Origin: Paraspadella gotoi
Taxonomy: Eukaryota > Animalia > Chaetognatha
Assembly: GCA_051294375.1 (NCBI GenBank)
Contig: CM119269.1
Span: 1,084,958-1,148,957, forward strand
Direction of reading: 5' to 3'
DNA length: 64,000 nt
In this document: positions 25,768 through 39,124 of the stretch, piece after piece
How positions within the stretch are numbered: the first letter of the stretch is position 1
Layout: every line of letters begins with the position of its first letter
Position numbers and translations under genes: made by a program
The notes under the pieces: generated by a model
What the model was told of the DNA's origin: nothing
Database searches by the model: none
Seen by the model: only the letters and a program-made list of their open reading frames with translations

Positions 25768-27629
25768 ACTACTCACTTCACAGATGCGATGCTCAGCATC
25801 GATGCACTACTATGCAGAAGAGATGAAATGGGCAGAGAGGGGAGAGAGCACGACCACTTACGTATCAGCGCAGTGGCCTTTCCTCGTTCGTATGTTCACA
25901 TTTTTGCGTGTATCTCCGAGTCTCTTCTCTCTCTCCATCCAGTTGTCGAATGTCCGACCATTTCCGTGCTATTCTCATCGTCATCACTACCATCATGTAC
26001 TCATCTATGCAGAGAGAGAAGAGAGAGAGAGAGAGATGCGACACGAGAGAGAGCATCGAAGCGTCAGTCAGACACGAGATCGAGTCTCAGAGCAGCACTG
26101 CACGATAGATGCGATTTCCGTCGAGAGAGAGACGATTATTACATTATTTACCACGTTATTGCTTTCTACGACGTCTTAGCACACGAGCCAAGCCATGTAG
26201 GAGAGCATTTTCATCTGCTTACGTACAGATTCGTATCGGATCGAGACTACATGCGTCATCGTACGATCGCTATGAGTCCACTGCAGTCTACTCACTCTGA
26301 TTCAAATTCTCACAAATTCGGGAACGACGCAACAAATACACCTCAGCTTTCTGATTAGCGCGTTCCAGTCATTTTCTATATAAATAACAACCTCTTTCTT
26401 CTCTACTCTCTGTCTTCTCTCCTCCTCTGCATCTCTTGCAGTTGACCTGCTTTCTCTCTCTCATCCCTCGCGTCCCTCTCTCTGTCTCCTCTTCCAATCT
26501 CGTCCGCTCTCTCATCCGTCTCTCTCTCTCCTCCCTCGTGACTTGGATACATCGATACGCTTCGATCACTCTCTCTCCGCGTGCCGGTCCAGCTCTCCTC
26601 TCATTCTTCTCGCTAAGTATTATCCTTTCTCAGAATTTCAGCAATCAGATTATGTATCTCTTTATTGCCATACATTTCCTATAAAGTCAGATTTAAATGT
26701 ATCTCTAATTTGTTAAGCTAGTACTTAATTTCACTTTTACTATGTTATGACACAGTCTTTTCTGCTTTCTTCACTATGAGGAACACCACAATTTACTATC
26801 ATTTATGAGCGCGCAGCCGCAAGCGCAAGTGCGCTATAGATTGCTCAAAGTGCTATCTCATTCACCACATTGCCTTGCATTACATATGCACTTCAGTACC
26901 TACTTTGCATATCATCCTCTCATTTCTCTCTCTCTCTCTCTCTTCTCCTCTTCCCTCTTCCGTTCCATATCCGTGCGCGCATCTCTCTCTTCTCTCTCTT
27001 GCTCCTCCGTCCGTTCCTCTCTCTTCTCTCCTCTCCCCCTCCTCTCCTCTACCCTTCCCTCCTTCTTTCCTCCCATTTCTTTTCTTTTCTTTCTCCGTCT
27101 TCCTCCACCGTTGACTTTTCCTTTCCTTCCTCCATTCATTCCTAATTGAATTCAAGTCTCTCGTCGATTTTATCGAAAAGGGGAACTTTGGAATCTTCGC
27201 CACGCCCACCACCTCTCCCCAAAGCCACGCCCACCACCTCTCCCCAAAGCCACGCCCCCTCCCCTCCCACCTTCTCGTCAACCCACCCTCGACATCTTCC
27301 TTCATCCCCGCTTAAGCGAAAGGTCGGGTCACGCGTCACCCACCATCTCCACTTGGATTCGTCAAATCTTTTTCTTTTTCGATTCTTCGACGCGAACTCC
27401 CGTTTTAACTTCTTAACTTCAATTCTCCCTCTCTCTTTCTCGTTGTCTCGCTCTCCTTCTCTCTGTCTCCCTCTTTTCTCTCTTTTCTATTCATTTCGTC
27501 AAAAACTTATCTTTCTAAGACTTTATATTTTTTGAACACTTTGGTTCTGCTTATACGTAGAATCTGTTGCTTAAAATTGAATAAAATTAAAAATATTTAA
27601 ATTTCAAAGTTTTAAGGAGTAAAAATCTA

Positions 27630-27666
<37 letters not shown>

Positions 27667-27880
27667 NNNNNNNNNNNNNNNNNNNNNNNNNNNNNNNNNN
27701 NNNNNNNNNNNNNNNNNNNNNNNNNNNNNNNNNNNNNNNNNNNNNNNNNNNNNNNNNNNNNNNNNNNNNNNNNNNNNNNNNNNNNNNNNNNNNNNNNNNN
27801 NNNNNNNNNNNNNNNNNNNNNNNNNNNNNNNNNNNNNNNNNNNNNNNNNNNNNNNNNNNNNNNNNNNNNNNNNNNNNNNN

Positions 27881-27917
<37 letters not shown>

Positions 27918-28229
27918 GAGTTCGTTGGAATCGGCGATGTTCCTTCGTAAGTTTTGACTTTCCCCAGGAATCGTAAAACCGCGTTGTTAATTAGGCGGCA
28001 AAATTATTCCGTTTTTCCTCTAAAAGTTTCCGTGATCTCGTTTTTTCTCATTTCTCAGTTCCGCCTTTGGGCTCCTTCTTTTTTTTTTACATCCTTTTTT
28101 TAGGTATTATTATTATTTTTTGTTCTGAACTTGTTAGTTATAAAGTTTCAGGTTTTATCTCCAAGTTCCACGATCGTTTTCCAGTTCCATGACCTAATTT
28201 TTTTTTCAATTTTCATCTCGGAGAGACCG

Positions 28230-28290
<61 letters not shown>

Positions 28291-28889
28291 AAGCCACGAC
28301 TGAGGATTGCGGACGGTTCCCCCGATGTTCAAAAACATTGACGTATATTAAATCTCGGTTTTTGTTGTTCGAAGCCTTTGTTGTTGTTGTTGTAGTTGTC
28401 GACGGGAACCTCCCGACAAATGAAAGGATAATGTTCGAAGTTTTTTCCATTTTCTCGCAATCCCGTCCGAAGAGGAGGCTGGATGTTTATTATTTTTTTC
28501 TTTTGACCTTTTTTTACCTCTCTCTCTCTCTCNNNNNNNNNNNNNNNNNNNNNNNNNNNNNNNNNNNNNNNNNNNNNNNNNNNNNNNNNNNNNNNNNNNN
28601 NNNNNNNNNNNNNNNNNNNNNNNNNNNNNNNNNNNNNNNNNNNNNNNNNNNNNNNNNNNNNNNNNNNNNNNNNNNNNNNNNNNNNNNNNNNNNNNNNNNN
28701 NNNNNNNNNNNNNNNNNNNNTGAGTCAGAGTCTTCTTTCCCATTAGTTATCTTCGTCTAAACTTTGTCAAAACCGAAAAAAAAGAAGAGAAGGCGAACAA
28801 AAGACGCTTAAATATTATTTCCTTTTTTGAAAAGCCATCCCTTTTGCCGAGTCGCGGTTCAGTAAACGAACGGCTAAAAGGAAATGCCC

Positions 28890-29290
28890 TTTCTTCTTTT
28901 TCTTCCTCTTTGCTTTTCTTTTTTCTTTTCTTTTTTTCCTTTCTCTTTGCTTTTCTTTTTTCTTTTCTTTTTTCCTTCCTCTTTGCTTTTTTTCTCTTCT
29001 TTTTAACTTCCTCTTTGTTTTTCTTTTTTCTTTTCTTTTTTCCTTCCTCTTTGCTTATCTTTTTTCTTTTCTTTTTTCCTTCCTCTTTGCTTTTTTTCTT
29101 TTCTTTTTTCCTTCCTCTTTGCTTTTCTTTTTTCTTTTCTTTTTTCCTTCCTCTTTTCTTTTCTTTTTTCTTTTCTTTTTCCTTCCTCATTGCTTTTCTT
29201 TTTTCTTTTCTTTTTTTTCCTTCCTCTTTGCTTTTTTCTTTTTTTTCCCTTCCTCTTTGCTTTTCTTTTTTCTTTTCTTTTTTCCTTTTT
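28890..29290 (+). repeat. Pyrimidine-rich degenerate minisatellite (~35-bp unit containing ttccttcctctttgctttt)
   Basis: ttcctctttgc recurs roughly every 30-36 nt; this explains the poly-F/S and poly-K/E ORFs here. Confidence 0.8.
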
Positions 29291-29792
29291 TTACCTCGTA
29301 GTTTTTTTACTTTCTTCTTTCCCGTCGGCAAACTCATTTCCGGCTAAGTGTCTTCGAATCAGGGTCCTTTCCCCTTTTTTGCCCCCCCCTCCGCCCCCTC
29401 CGCCCCCTACCCCCTTCTCATGTCGCTCGCGCCAAGTTCATCCCGAATCATTTCACAATTCGGTGCTCACAGTCTCACAGCCTCACAGAATTTGAAGAGT
29501 TAAGAGCGAAAGCGTGAAAGGGCGAAGAAAAACTTCTTTTTCTCAATTCACTTCTTATCGTAAAACTTTGGCTTTCGAAAGAAAAAAAGAAAAAAAAATG
29601 TTCTTTTTCCTTATTTTTTTTTTCGTATATCGCACGAAAACGGGATGAAAAATAAGATTTTTCGGTCTGTCAGTCAATTGTCATAATCTGTAATTAGACA
29701 TTGGACGAAATTAACATTTTTCCTTGAGTCATTCTCTTTCGCATTTCCGATCAAGTTGATCGCCCGCGATGTGTTCAACGACCCAGAGACCG

Positions 29793-29853
29793 AAGTCCAA
29801 AGTCCAAAGTCCAAAGTCCAAAGTCCAAAGTCCAAAGGCAAAGTCCAAAGTCC
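29793..29853 (+). repeat. (AAGTCCA)n 7-bp tandem repeat
   Basis: About 8 units visible. Confidence 0.9.
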
Positions 29854-30617
29854 TTCAAGATTTCATTCATCCTTCCTCCATCGGTCACGTGACCTTCATC
29901 GTCTTCATCATTTCCTCACCGCGACATTTTCTCCTCCGCGCGCCATCTACCTTTAATTCCGTGGCGACGCCCTCTGGAGTATCGTCGCTCCATCTTCGTT
30001 ATTCTTGCCGACGACGCCCTCTAGCATCTTTTTTTTTTCCTTAGTGGCGATGCCACTTTCTTTTTGCCGTCTTTTTCAGATTAGCTGCGAGGGCCACAAA
30101 CCTCATGCCATCCTCTTACGCCATCCACTTACGCTACAAAGCTCATGCCATCCTCTTATTTTAGCTTAATTTTTCCTCCGCCATCCGCTATTAATTTTGC
30201 CTTTTCGACTTCTCAACGTCTTTGACATATTACTTACTGCCCGTGGCAAGCCGACTCAATAGTGCCATATTCTTGACGCCATATTCCTTTTTCCCCGTGG
30301 CAAACGCCTTCTCGCTCGGCGCCATCTTTCTCATTCCCAGCGGCGCCCTTTCCCTCCCCGCGCCCCATCCATTGTCTCCTTCTCTTTCTCCTCTCACTCT
30401 CTGTTCGTCTCTCCCTTTTTTTTTCTTTTTTTCGCCAATCTAACATTCATTCTCCATTCTCTCACAAGGACCTAAGACCCTCGAAGGAATAACTGTCTTC
30501 ATAAACTGGCTTTTTACTAAGTTTTCGCAATAGCAGACATTTTGTATTCTTGCTTCTTCTTTCATAAAAAATTACTCTTTCTGCCCTTGCAAACCGTCTC
30601 TCCTTTCCGGGCGGCAC

Positions 30618-30668
<51 letters not shown>

Positions 30669-31153
30669 CTCTCTCTCTCTTCTGCTCTCTCTTCTCTATC
30701 TCTCTCTCTCTCTCTCTCTTTTCTCTCTTTCTCTCTCTCTCTTCTCCTATCTCCTATCTCCTTTGCTCTCTCCCTCTCGCTCTCTATCTTCCATTTTCTG
30801 AACTTTAACCTCAAAATAAATTACCAGTTTCTGAGCGCACTCTCTCTCTCTCATCTCATTTTTTTTCCTAGAAATTCTTGTTCTCGTAAAAATCCAGGTC
30901 ACAGAAAATGAAGATTTTATATTCATCAGTGGAACCACCTCTCGGAACTTCCATGAATTTTTTTTTCTTTATCAGTTAGAGAGTACTCTCGAATCGTCCT
31001 ATTTCTTGCAAACCTCCCATTACTAGATTTAATGAATCAAAAAAATGGATAAATTAAAAAAAATATTAAAGAAATATACTCTCTCAAATGATCCATAAAA
31101 ACTTTTTGAAATATAGATTTACTCGGTCTGTTTGTTGTTTACGTGGCTGTCTA

Positions 31154-31187
<34 letters not shown>

Positions 31188-32506
31188 NNNNNNNNNNNNN
31201 NNNNNNNNNNNNNNNNNNNNNNNNNNNNNNNNNNNNNNNNNNNNNNNNNNNNNNNNNNNNNNNNNNNNNNNNNNNNNNNNNNNNNNNNNNNNNNNNNNNN
31301 NNNNNTCTCTCTCTCTCTCTCTCCCTTTCTCGCGAGAAAGAGATCGAAAAAATCTTTGACGAAAACTCGTTGAATAATTCAAAGAGTTTCGTCGATAAAG
31401 CGACAGGAAACTGTTATGGGCGGATGGCGCGGAAAAAAGAAAGAAAAAAGAAAGAATTANNNNNNNNNNNNNNNNNNNNNNNNNNNNNNNNNNNNNNNNN
31501 NNNNNNNNNNNNNNNNNNNNNNNNNNNNNNNNNNNNNNNNNNNNNNNNNNNNNNNNNNNNNNNNNNNNNNNNNNNNNNNNNNNGAAAGAAAAAAATAAAG
31601 AAAGAAAGAAAGAAAGAAAGAAACAAAGAGAGAGAGAGAGATTGGTTGATTGATTTTATTGTCCATGTTTGCACACATCGCAATTTTCCTTTCGGACGGA
31701 ATGAAATAAAAAAAGGGAAAGAGAGAACAGTTTTCACGGGAAAGAAAAAAAACACCTTATTTTCTGATTCTCCTTCGCTTCTTTTCCGATCCGCTGGGTC
31801 GACCTCTTCCTCCTNNNNNNNNNNNNNNNNNNNNNNNNNNNNNNNNNNNNNNNNNNNNNNNNNNNNNNNNNNNNNNNNNNNNNNNNNNNNNNNNNNNNNN
31901 NNNNNNNNNNNNNNNNNNNNNNNNNNNNNNNNNNNNNNNNNNNNNNNNNNNNNNNNNNNNNNNNNNNNNNNNNNNNNNNNNNNNNNNNNNNNNNNNNNNN
32001 NNNNNNNNNNNNNNNNNNNNNNNNNNNNNNNNNNNNNNNNNNNNNNNNNNNNNNNNNNNNNNNNNNNNNNNNNNNNNNNNNNNNNNNNNNNNNNNNNNNN
32101 NNNNNNNNNNNNNNNNNNNNNNNNNNNNNNNNNNNAGAAGGGCGAGGAAGCGATTAAATGAAATTTGCCAAAATAAAATTGGGATGAAAGGAAGAAAGGA
32201 AATCGAGAAATAGAGAAACGATTTTAAACGCCAACGATAGGAGGAGACGGAGTAAAGTTGCCGGAAGAAAATGGTGATGAAAAATAGATAGGAAAAGAAA
32301 AGAGAAGACCGCGTTGTAAAAGAACCGAAAGGGAAAAAAAATGAGATGAAAGAAAAAGACTTGTGACACCCAATTTGTAGAACCTTGAGCCTGAGGTAAA
32401 AAAAAAACTTTTTCTTTTCTTTTTTCTTTTCTTTCTTTTTTCTCCCCCCCTTCAGCGGTGATAAGGTGAAAAGCAAAATGGGTGAGAGAAAAACACAAGA
32501 CGCCCT

Positions 32507-32555
<49 letters not shown>

Positions 32556-34038
32556 AGAATTCGTTGGGTGTCGTCATCGTAATTTCGACGAAGTATATTT
32601 TACAAGTTGCCGCAAACATCTAATTTTAATACAATGCTTCAGCTTAATATTTAAACAATTACGAAGATGAAATGCCTTTTTTATAATAAGTAAACACCGA
32701 AGTGTATTAAAAATTATAAAAAATAAAAAAAAGGAAAAAAAAAATAATAAAAAACTCCGGGGCTTATGAACCGGCAAGAGGGATTGCCTTCCATCTCATT
32801 CGCCCGAAAGGATCAAGACTCCAAAAACGGAAGAGAATTGGCCGAACGGAACTGAGAGAGGCTCAGGGTGGGAACCGGAGATCGGGGAAGAACCGGGGAA
32901 CAATCGGGAATAGAGAGGAACAGGGGAAGGAACGAGGGAAGAATCGGGGGTGGAAAAAGCCAATCGGGTACAACCGGGGATTAAACGAAGGCTAAAAGAG
33001 CCTCAGCTCAGTTCGTTGTTTGCTGAGAGAATGGAATCACGTTCGATGCGGAATATTTCGTCGGTGATGCGTGACGGGCGCCGCTTCATTCCTGATTCGT
33101 GACAGCCCCGATGGGCGCCGGGAAGGAGCGCCGTGTTCCGGATGCGAGCGCCCGGAGCTGGGCGCCGCANNNNNNNNNNNNNNNNNNNNNNNNNNNNNNN
33201 NNNNNNNNNNNNNNNNNNNNNNNNNNNNNNNNNNNNNNNNNNNNNNNNNNNNNNNNNNNNNNNNNNNNNNNNNNNNNNNNNNNNNNNNNNNNNNNNNNNN
33301 NNNNNNNNNNNNNNNNNNNNNNNNNNNNNNNNNNNNNNNNNNNNNNNNNNNNNNNNNNNNNNNNNNNNNNNNNNNNNNNNNNNNNNNNNNNNNNNNNNNN
33401 NNNNNNNNNNNNNNNNNNNNNNNNNNNNNNNNNNNNNNNNNNNNNNNNNNNNNNNNNNNNNNNNNNNNNNNGAGAGAGAGAGAGAGAGAGAGAGGCGTGG
33501 CTAAATATGAATAGTGTATAGAGCCGTAGGTTGCCAATGGTGAGAGCAAGTGAAAGAATGGAAAGAAATAAGTCTAATAACTGGAGAAGCAGAATAAATT
33601 GTGAGCGAGTGATTGATTTTTGTATTTGATTGATTGATTGCGAGCATAAAGAAATGACAACCTCGGCCAACAATTAAGAATTAAGACGTACAAATTTACA
33701 ACGAAAGAAAGAAAGCAAGAATTCTAAACTTATCCAGCGAAAGCGGACCGGAGTGAAAAAAGAGAGAAAAGTAGGGCAAATCCAAAGTGAAAAGTCAGAA
33801 GGGAATAGAGTTGGTATCGACATCTGAGTGAAATTGGAGGCCACGAATCGGGTTTGGTTGCTTGGCAACCACAACCAGGTCGAAACGCCTCACTGTTTAA
33901 TTATTAATAAAGAGAAATAAAGAGAAAATAGAAACTGAAGTAAAAAATAGAAATGTAGCGAAGAGAAAGAGTGAGGATGTCAATTGTAGTGAGACAATGT
34001 AGCTAAAAATTAAAGGAAGGAAAGAAAGAGAAGGACTT

Positions 34039-34098
34039 AAACATGAAACATGAAACATGAAACATTGAAACATGAAACATGAAACATGAAACATGAAA
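34039..34098 (+). repeat. (AAACATG)n 7-bp tandem repeat
   Basis: About 8 units visible. Confidence 0.9.
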
Positions 34099-35886
34099 AA
34101 TTAAAGAAAGAAATAGAAGGACTTCAACATGAAACATTATCGTAGATCCTGTTTCACCATCAACAGAAGCATAAATCATTGGTGGAAACGAAATGGTTAG
34201 TTTCATTCATTCGTGATGTCGTTTCGATACAATGAAATCTGTCGGAGATGATCGATCACTTTCACATCGTTTGGTTCTGATTGATTTGTTCGCGTTGGGA
34301 TCTTGTTGTTTTGAAAATTATATGCAGCTACATTCGGACTTTTTTTGCAATAAAGTAATTTTCAAGTGGGCCAAGTTAATTTTTGTATACTACATACTTT
34401 TAAAATGAATATCAAATATTTGTAATTGAAAATTTAGAGTCTGCCCTGCTCAACATCACGCAATTTCTCATAAATATATGAACGGAGTGTGAAAGGAGTA
34501 ACGATTCTCATTCTCTTTACGTCGGAAGTCGTTTGTGTCAACAGGCTTGTTGTGAAATATCCAAATGCGACTCACACGCCGTCTCTATTCATCACTGAAG
34601 GCGCGTAATCTTTCCTTCTCTCTCTCTCTCTCTCTCTCTNNNNNNNNNNNNNNNNNNNNNNNNNNNNNNNNNNNNNNNNNNNNNNNNNNNNNNNNNNNNN
34701 NNNNNNNNNNNNNNNNNNNNNNNNNNNNNNNNNNNNNNNNNNNNNNNNNNNNNNNNNNNNNNNNCTCTCTCTCTCTCTCATATCTAAAAAAACGAAATTT
34801 CGATACCAATTAGTTAATTTCTTTCTTCGCCGCTCAAAAATCTTTTGACGTAACAAGGCGGATGAGTTGAAGAGAAAAGAGGCGAGAAAAATCTCTCCAA
34901 AGTCAATTTCTTTTTCCCGATGATTAATTGCCATCATCTGCAGCTCATCCTNNNNNNNNNNNNNNNNNNNNNNNNNNNNNNNNNNNNNNNNNNNNNNNNN
35001 NNNNNNNNNNNNNNNNNNNNNNNNNNNNNNNNNNNNNNNNNNNNNNNNNNNNNNNNNNNNNNNNNNNNNNNNNNNNNNNNNNNNNNNNNNNNNNNNNNNN
35101 NNNNNNNNNNNNNNNNNNNNNNNNNNNNNNNNNNNNNNNNNNNNNNNNNNNNNNNNNNNNNNNNNNNNNNNNNNNNNNNNNNNNNNNNNNNNNNNNNNNN
35201 NNNNNNNNNNNNNNNNNNNNNNNNNNNNNNNNNNNNNNNNNNNNNNNNNNNNNNNNNNNNNNNNNNNNNNNNNNNNNNNNNNNNNNNNNNNNNNNNNNNN
35301 NNNNNNNNNNNNNNNNNNNNNNNNNNNNNNNNNNNNNNNNNNNNNNNNNNNNNNNNNNNNNNNNNNNNNNNNNNNNNNNNNNNNNNNNNNNNNNNNNNNN
35401 NNNNNNNNNNNNNNNNNNNNNNNNNNNNNNNNNNNNNNNNNNNNNNNNNNNNNNNNNNNNNNNNNNNNNNNNNNNNNNNNNNNNNNNNNNNNNNNNNNNN
35501 NNNNNNNNNNNNNNNNNNNNNNNNNNNNNNNNNNNNNNNNNNNNNNNNNNNNNNNNNNNNNNNNNNNNNNNNNNNNNNNNNNNNNNNNCATAAAGATTAG
35601 CAAAGCAGAGAAAAAAAAAGGACAAAAAAAAAGGAAAAACAAAAGATTGTGATCGAGTCGAAAGGCTGGAGCCAGACAGAGACAGAGACAAAAAGATGGA
35701 AAACAAAAGACGAATTCGCGATGGATTTTGCTCTGGAAAACATAAATGGTCTGAGCAAAAATTTAGTCAGTGCACTCGTTGTCATTTATAAATAATTTTA
35801 CGTTGGATTTCTTTTAAATATTTAACTTTAGAATATTTTTTTTTTAATAAAATTCGATCGAGCGACCGACCACCTAACTTCACATT

Positions 35887-35923
<37 letters not shown>

Positions 35924-36378
35924 ATGGAAGGGATGATAGACCCTTATTCTCTCAAAATCCAAAATTTTCAAGATGTTATGTCTCCGTCCAACACTTGTGT
36001 TGGTACTGATAGAAACTTGGGCACAGTGTACACTAATAACATGCAGCCATAGATCAGGTCTGCATTTTAGAGAGAATAACAAGACGACAGAGACTGTGCG
36101 CCTCAAAAAGGAAATCCTTTAAATGATACTTTTCTCTCTCTGCAAATAATTCTTTACACTGATGCAAAAAATATCACACACAAAAAAGTTAAGTTTTCTT
36201 TTGTTCCTAAAAGTTTTTATTCTGATAGAAATAGTGATCAAACTCGTCCATTTGTCGCTCAGATTGTTTTTTCTTTTTCGAGTGTCGCCAGTATTTCCTC
36301 CCGAAGCAGATGGCGTACCGTTCTTTACGATTTGATTGGTTCGGCTTTTTCCGAGATTTCAGTTTTTTTCCTTAAGGG

Positions 36379-36415
<37 letters not shown>

Positions 36416-36799
36416 ACAGTAAGGGCGGGAGAGAAAAATCGAATTGTTTTTCGTTTGTTATTGTTTATCGATTATTCCGCAGAGTTCGATATTTGGCGAT
36501 GGAGCCTCTTATTACTCAATGTGTAAAATTACGAAGACGTGCTCGGAACAGCTATGAGCTAGGCGAAATCTGTCACGTCATTAGATTTTTCTACCATTGT
36601 TTTTGCAGGTGGCCAAAGGCTTCTTGGTTTGAGTAAATTATATTTTCTAGATTATTATCATATGTTATCAGGAAGTTAAGGTTACGTTTTTTTTTAATTG
36701 GACTTTTGCTAATACGTTTCCACGTCGTTCTCACTCATGGCGCTACGGAGAACGCCCGAACTCTCAATGGAGCTCTGTGTTCAGCTCGTAGCGAGAACT

Positions 36800-37190
36800 C
36801 ACATTAAACCTACTTTGCGCACCTTGTCGGAGATGAAGGAGAGAAACACCAAGGAGTTTGATAGAAGAAAGAGAGGCTGGCAAAACAGCGTAAAAGATAG
36901 GTGGCGAAAATGGAGCACTCGAGTGGCTGGGGGCGGGAGGAAGAACCACACAATTAGGATAAGAGAGAAATATAATACGAGAGGGAAGGTCTCTCCTACG
37001 AATTCCCCTGGTAATAGGAGAGAGCAGAGCTCTCGTGTGTACTGGGAAATTAGGAAGAAGACACAGGTGCAAGGTATCCACGGTGAAAGAAGAAAACGAA
37101 GCACCTCGCCCTGGTTGGCGAGAGAGCAGTGAGGATTGATAAGCCAGACCGGTTGAGCGAGTAATTAGATGGTGGTTTGACAAACGAGGT
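36800..37190 (-). mobile_element. Possible decayed non-LTR retrotransposon reverse-transcriptase fragment
   Basis: Minus ORF 36764-37183 has FTVDTLHL (YADD-like position) followed ~60 aa later by SSIKLLGV (KxLGV motif of LINE RT domain 7). The segment is purine-skewed on the + strand. The match is weak. Confidence 0.25.
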
Positions 37191-38341
37191 GACCGGACCC
37201 AATGTGTATCATACCGCCGAGCAGCTGCTGAAGCGAAGGGAGATTGCTCCTGTGTAACGATATTTTCCGTTGCAAATGTCTGAAATCGGCCTCGCTACTG
37301 GTCCACATGCCGTTTGTAAACGGTCGTCTTTATACTCCATAGATAACAAACTGCGACAGAGAAGAGACAGACAGAGAGGTGAGACGATGCATGTAGAGAT
37401 GCGTTTTCATACTGAATCGCACATAGTGTCTCTCAGCACCCTATCTGATTCCTCAGATAATCCACAAGTGATGCGTGCCTCTCATATTAGCTGTCAGCGA
37501 CATAAATGTCGACTGTGGTCGCTCTCAAATTGCTACTTTCTCGGGCACTTAAGTAATATCCCGCTGGGCATTGAGAACGGAGTACATTCGGCATTTTAGG
37601 TAAGAGAGAGACGTAGCCATAGTGTGTACTAGGATATTTAAGCACCTTTTGCGCACCCCCTGCAGAAGAGAGAAAGCACCACCGGTCACGACTAAGGTGG
37701 TCATGCCTTATAAGAGGCGTTGAACAACTCACTTATTGCAATGCATCTTCGCGACCGACATTAGTCTTCTTTAGCTTTGCTTAGTATAGGAAGATACGCC
37801 AGATTAAACTCTGAATTTTTATTGGTGTGTTGTTACGCAAAGACAAAAGTGTGTGAAAAGATTGCAGAGAAGTCATTATCTGAATCCTCTATTTTTCCGA
37901 ACAGCTTTGACGCGCTCTCAAGACGAGAGTGTACGCGATAATTTAAGAAACCCCTACCCCTCGTTTCGCCAAAGGCTTCTGACGTCAGTTAACCGAACAT
38001 CACGTGACAGTCTTTTCCACGCAACGCGTTAATAACCTTACGTCACGCCGCCAACTATTGAGTGCACGCAAAGAGAAAAAAAATGGTCCGCTGGTTAACG
38101 CAAAAAAAAAGATAGAAAAAAACAAGAAAAAAAACGGGCATTGCGCAGCGCGTGAACCCGGCGTCAAACGTTGCGAGCGCGCGGTAAGCCTTCGACTGCA
38201 CGTGTCGAGCCCGGATTTACATTGAGATCCCTTTGTGGAAAAAGAAGTTTGAAGTTGCCCTAAGGCGGAGCAGGAAACAGCTGCTTGTTTTTTTCCTTCA
38301 AGGAATCCCTCTTCTCGCTCTCTTTCTTGAAGAGAGAGAGA

Positions 38342-38373
<32 letters not shown>

Positions 38374-38380
38374 TCAGAAG

Positions 38381-38426
<46 letters not shown>

Positions 38427-39124
38427 TGCAAGAGAGAGAGAGAGAATTCGCCGAGCGAAAAGAAAAGCCTCGAATACAAAATGGAAAAAAAATGAAGTCC
38501 TACACAATCCTTTCTAAATCTGCTGAGCAAGAAACCCCCATCGCTGTCGTCCCTCTCCCCCCTCCTCTCTCTCTCTCTGTTCTCGTCATCTGCTCTCTCT
38601 CTCTCCTCCTCCTCTTCTCGTCTCTCATCTCTCCTCTCTCTCTCCTCTCACAATTCTCTCTCTCTCTCTTCTCCTGCCAGTCTTCGGGAGAGTTTTTAGA
38701 TGGCGCTATTTTGAGAAACGAGCGTCGCAGCTTCGAGCTCGGATATTAATCACACACGGAACGACGTCCGATGCCAACCCTAGCTTTTTGTTTGATATTA
38801 TCTTCCGAACTTTCCTCCCGTTGTTATATAATAATATACGACAAACTGTTAAATTCTACTTTTATTAGGAATAATTTTTTTTTTTTTAAATTCAAGATTG
38901 TCGCATTTCGACTAATCGCTCATAAAAAAGAAGGAGCAATCATTTTAGAGCGGTTAATTTTAAAAATCAAAAAAGAAAGAAGAAAATCGATAAAACGTGT
39001 TTTTTTTGGAATTTTGATCCGTTTTCAGCGAATCGCGCTGACGGTCTACGTCGAACTCGTCTTCCTCCGTCCCAAAGCAATTTTTCACACGTTAGCGGAA
39101 TCTGAGTTAACGAACTCTGGCAGA

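Noticed and set aside
21400-27150. Many F/S/L-rich and E/R-rich ORFs
   Set aside because: Translations of TC/GA low-complexity sequence, N gaps and apparently very low-quality read sequence.
28747-29347. Lys/Glu-rich 196-aa and Phe-rich 167-aa ORFs
   Set aside because: Both are readings of a pyrimidine-rich minisatellite.
30900-35710. Long ORFs of 200-357 aa in the track
   Set aside because: They are open only because they cross N gaps.
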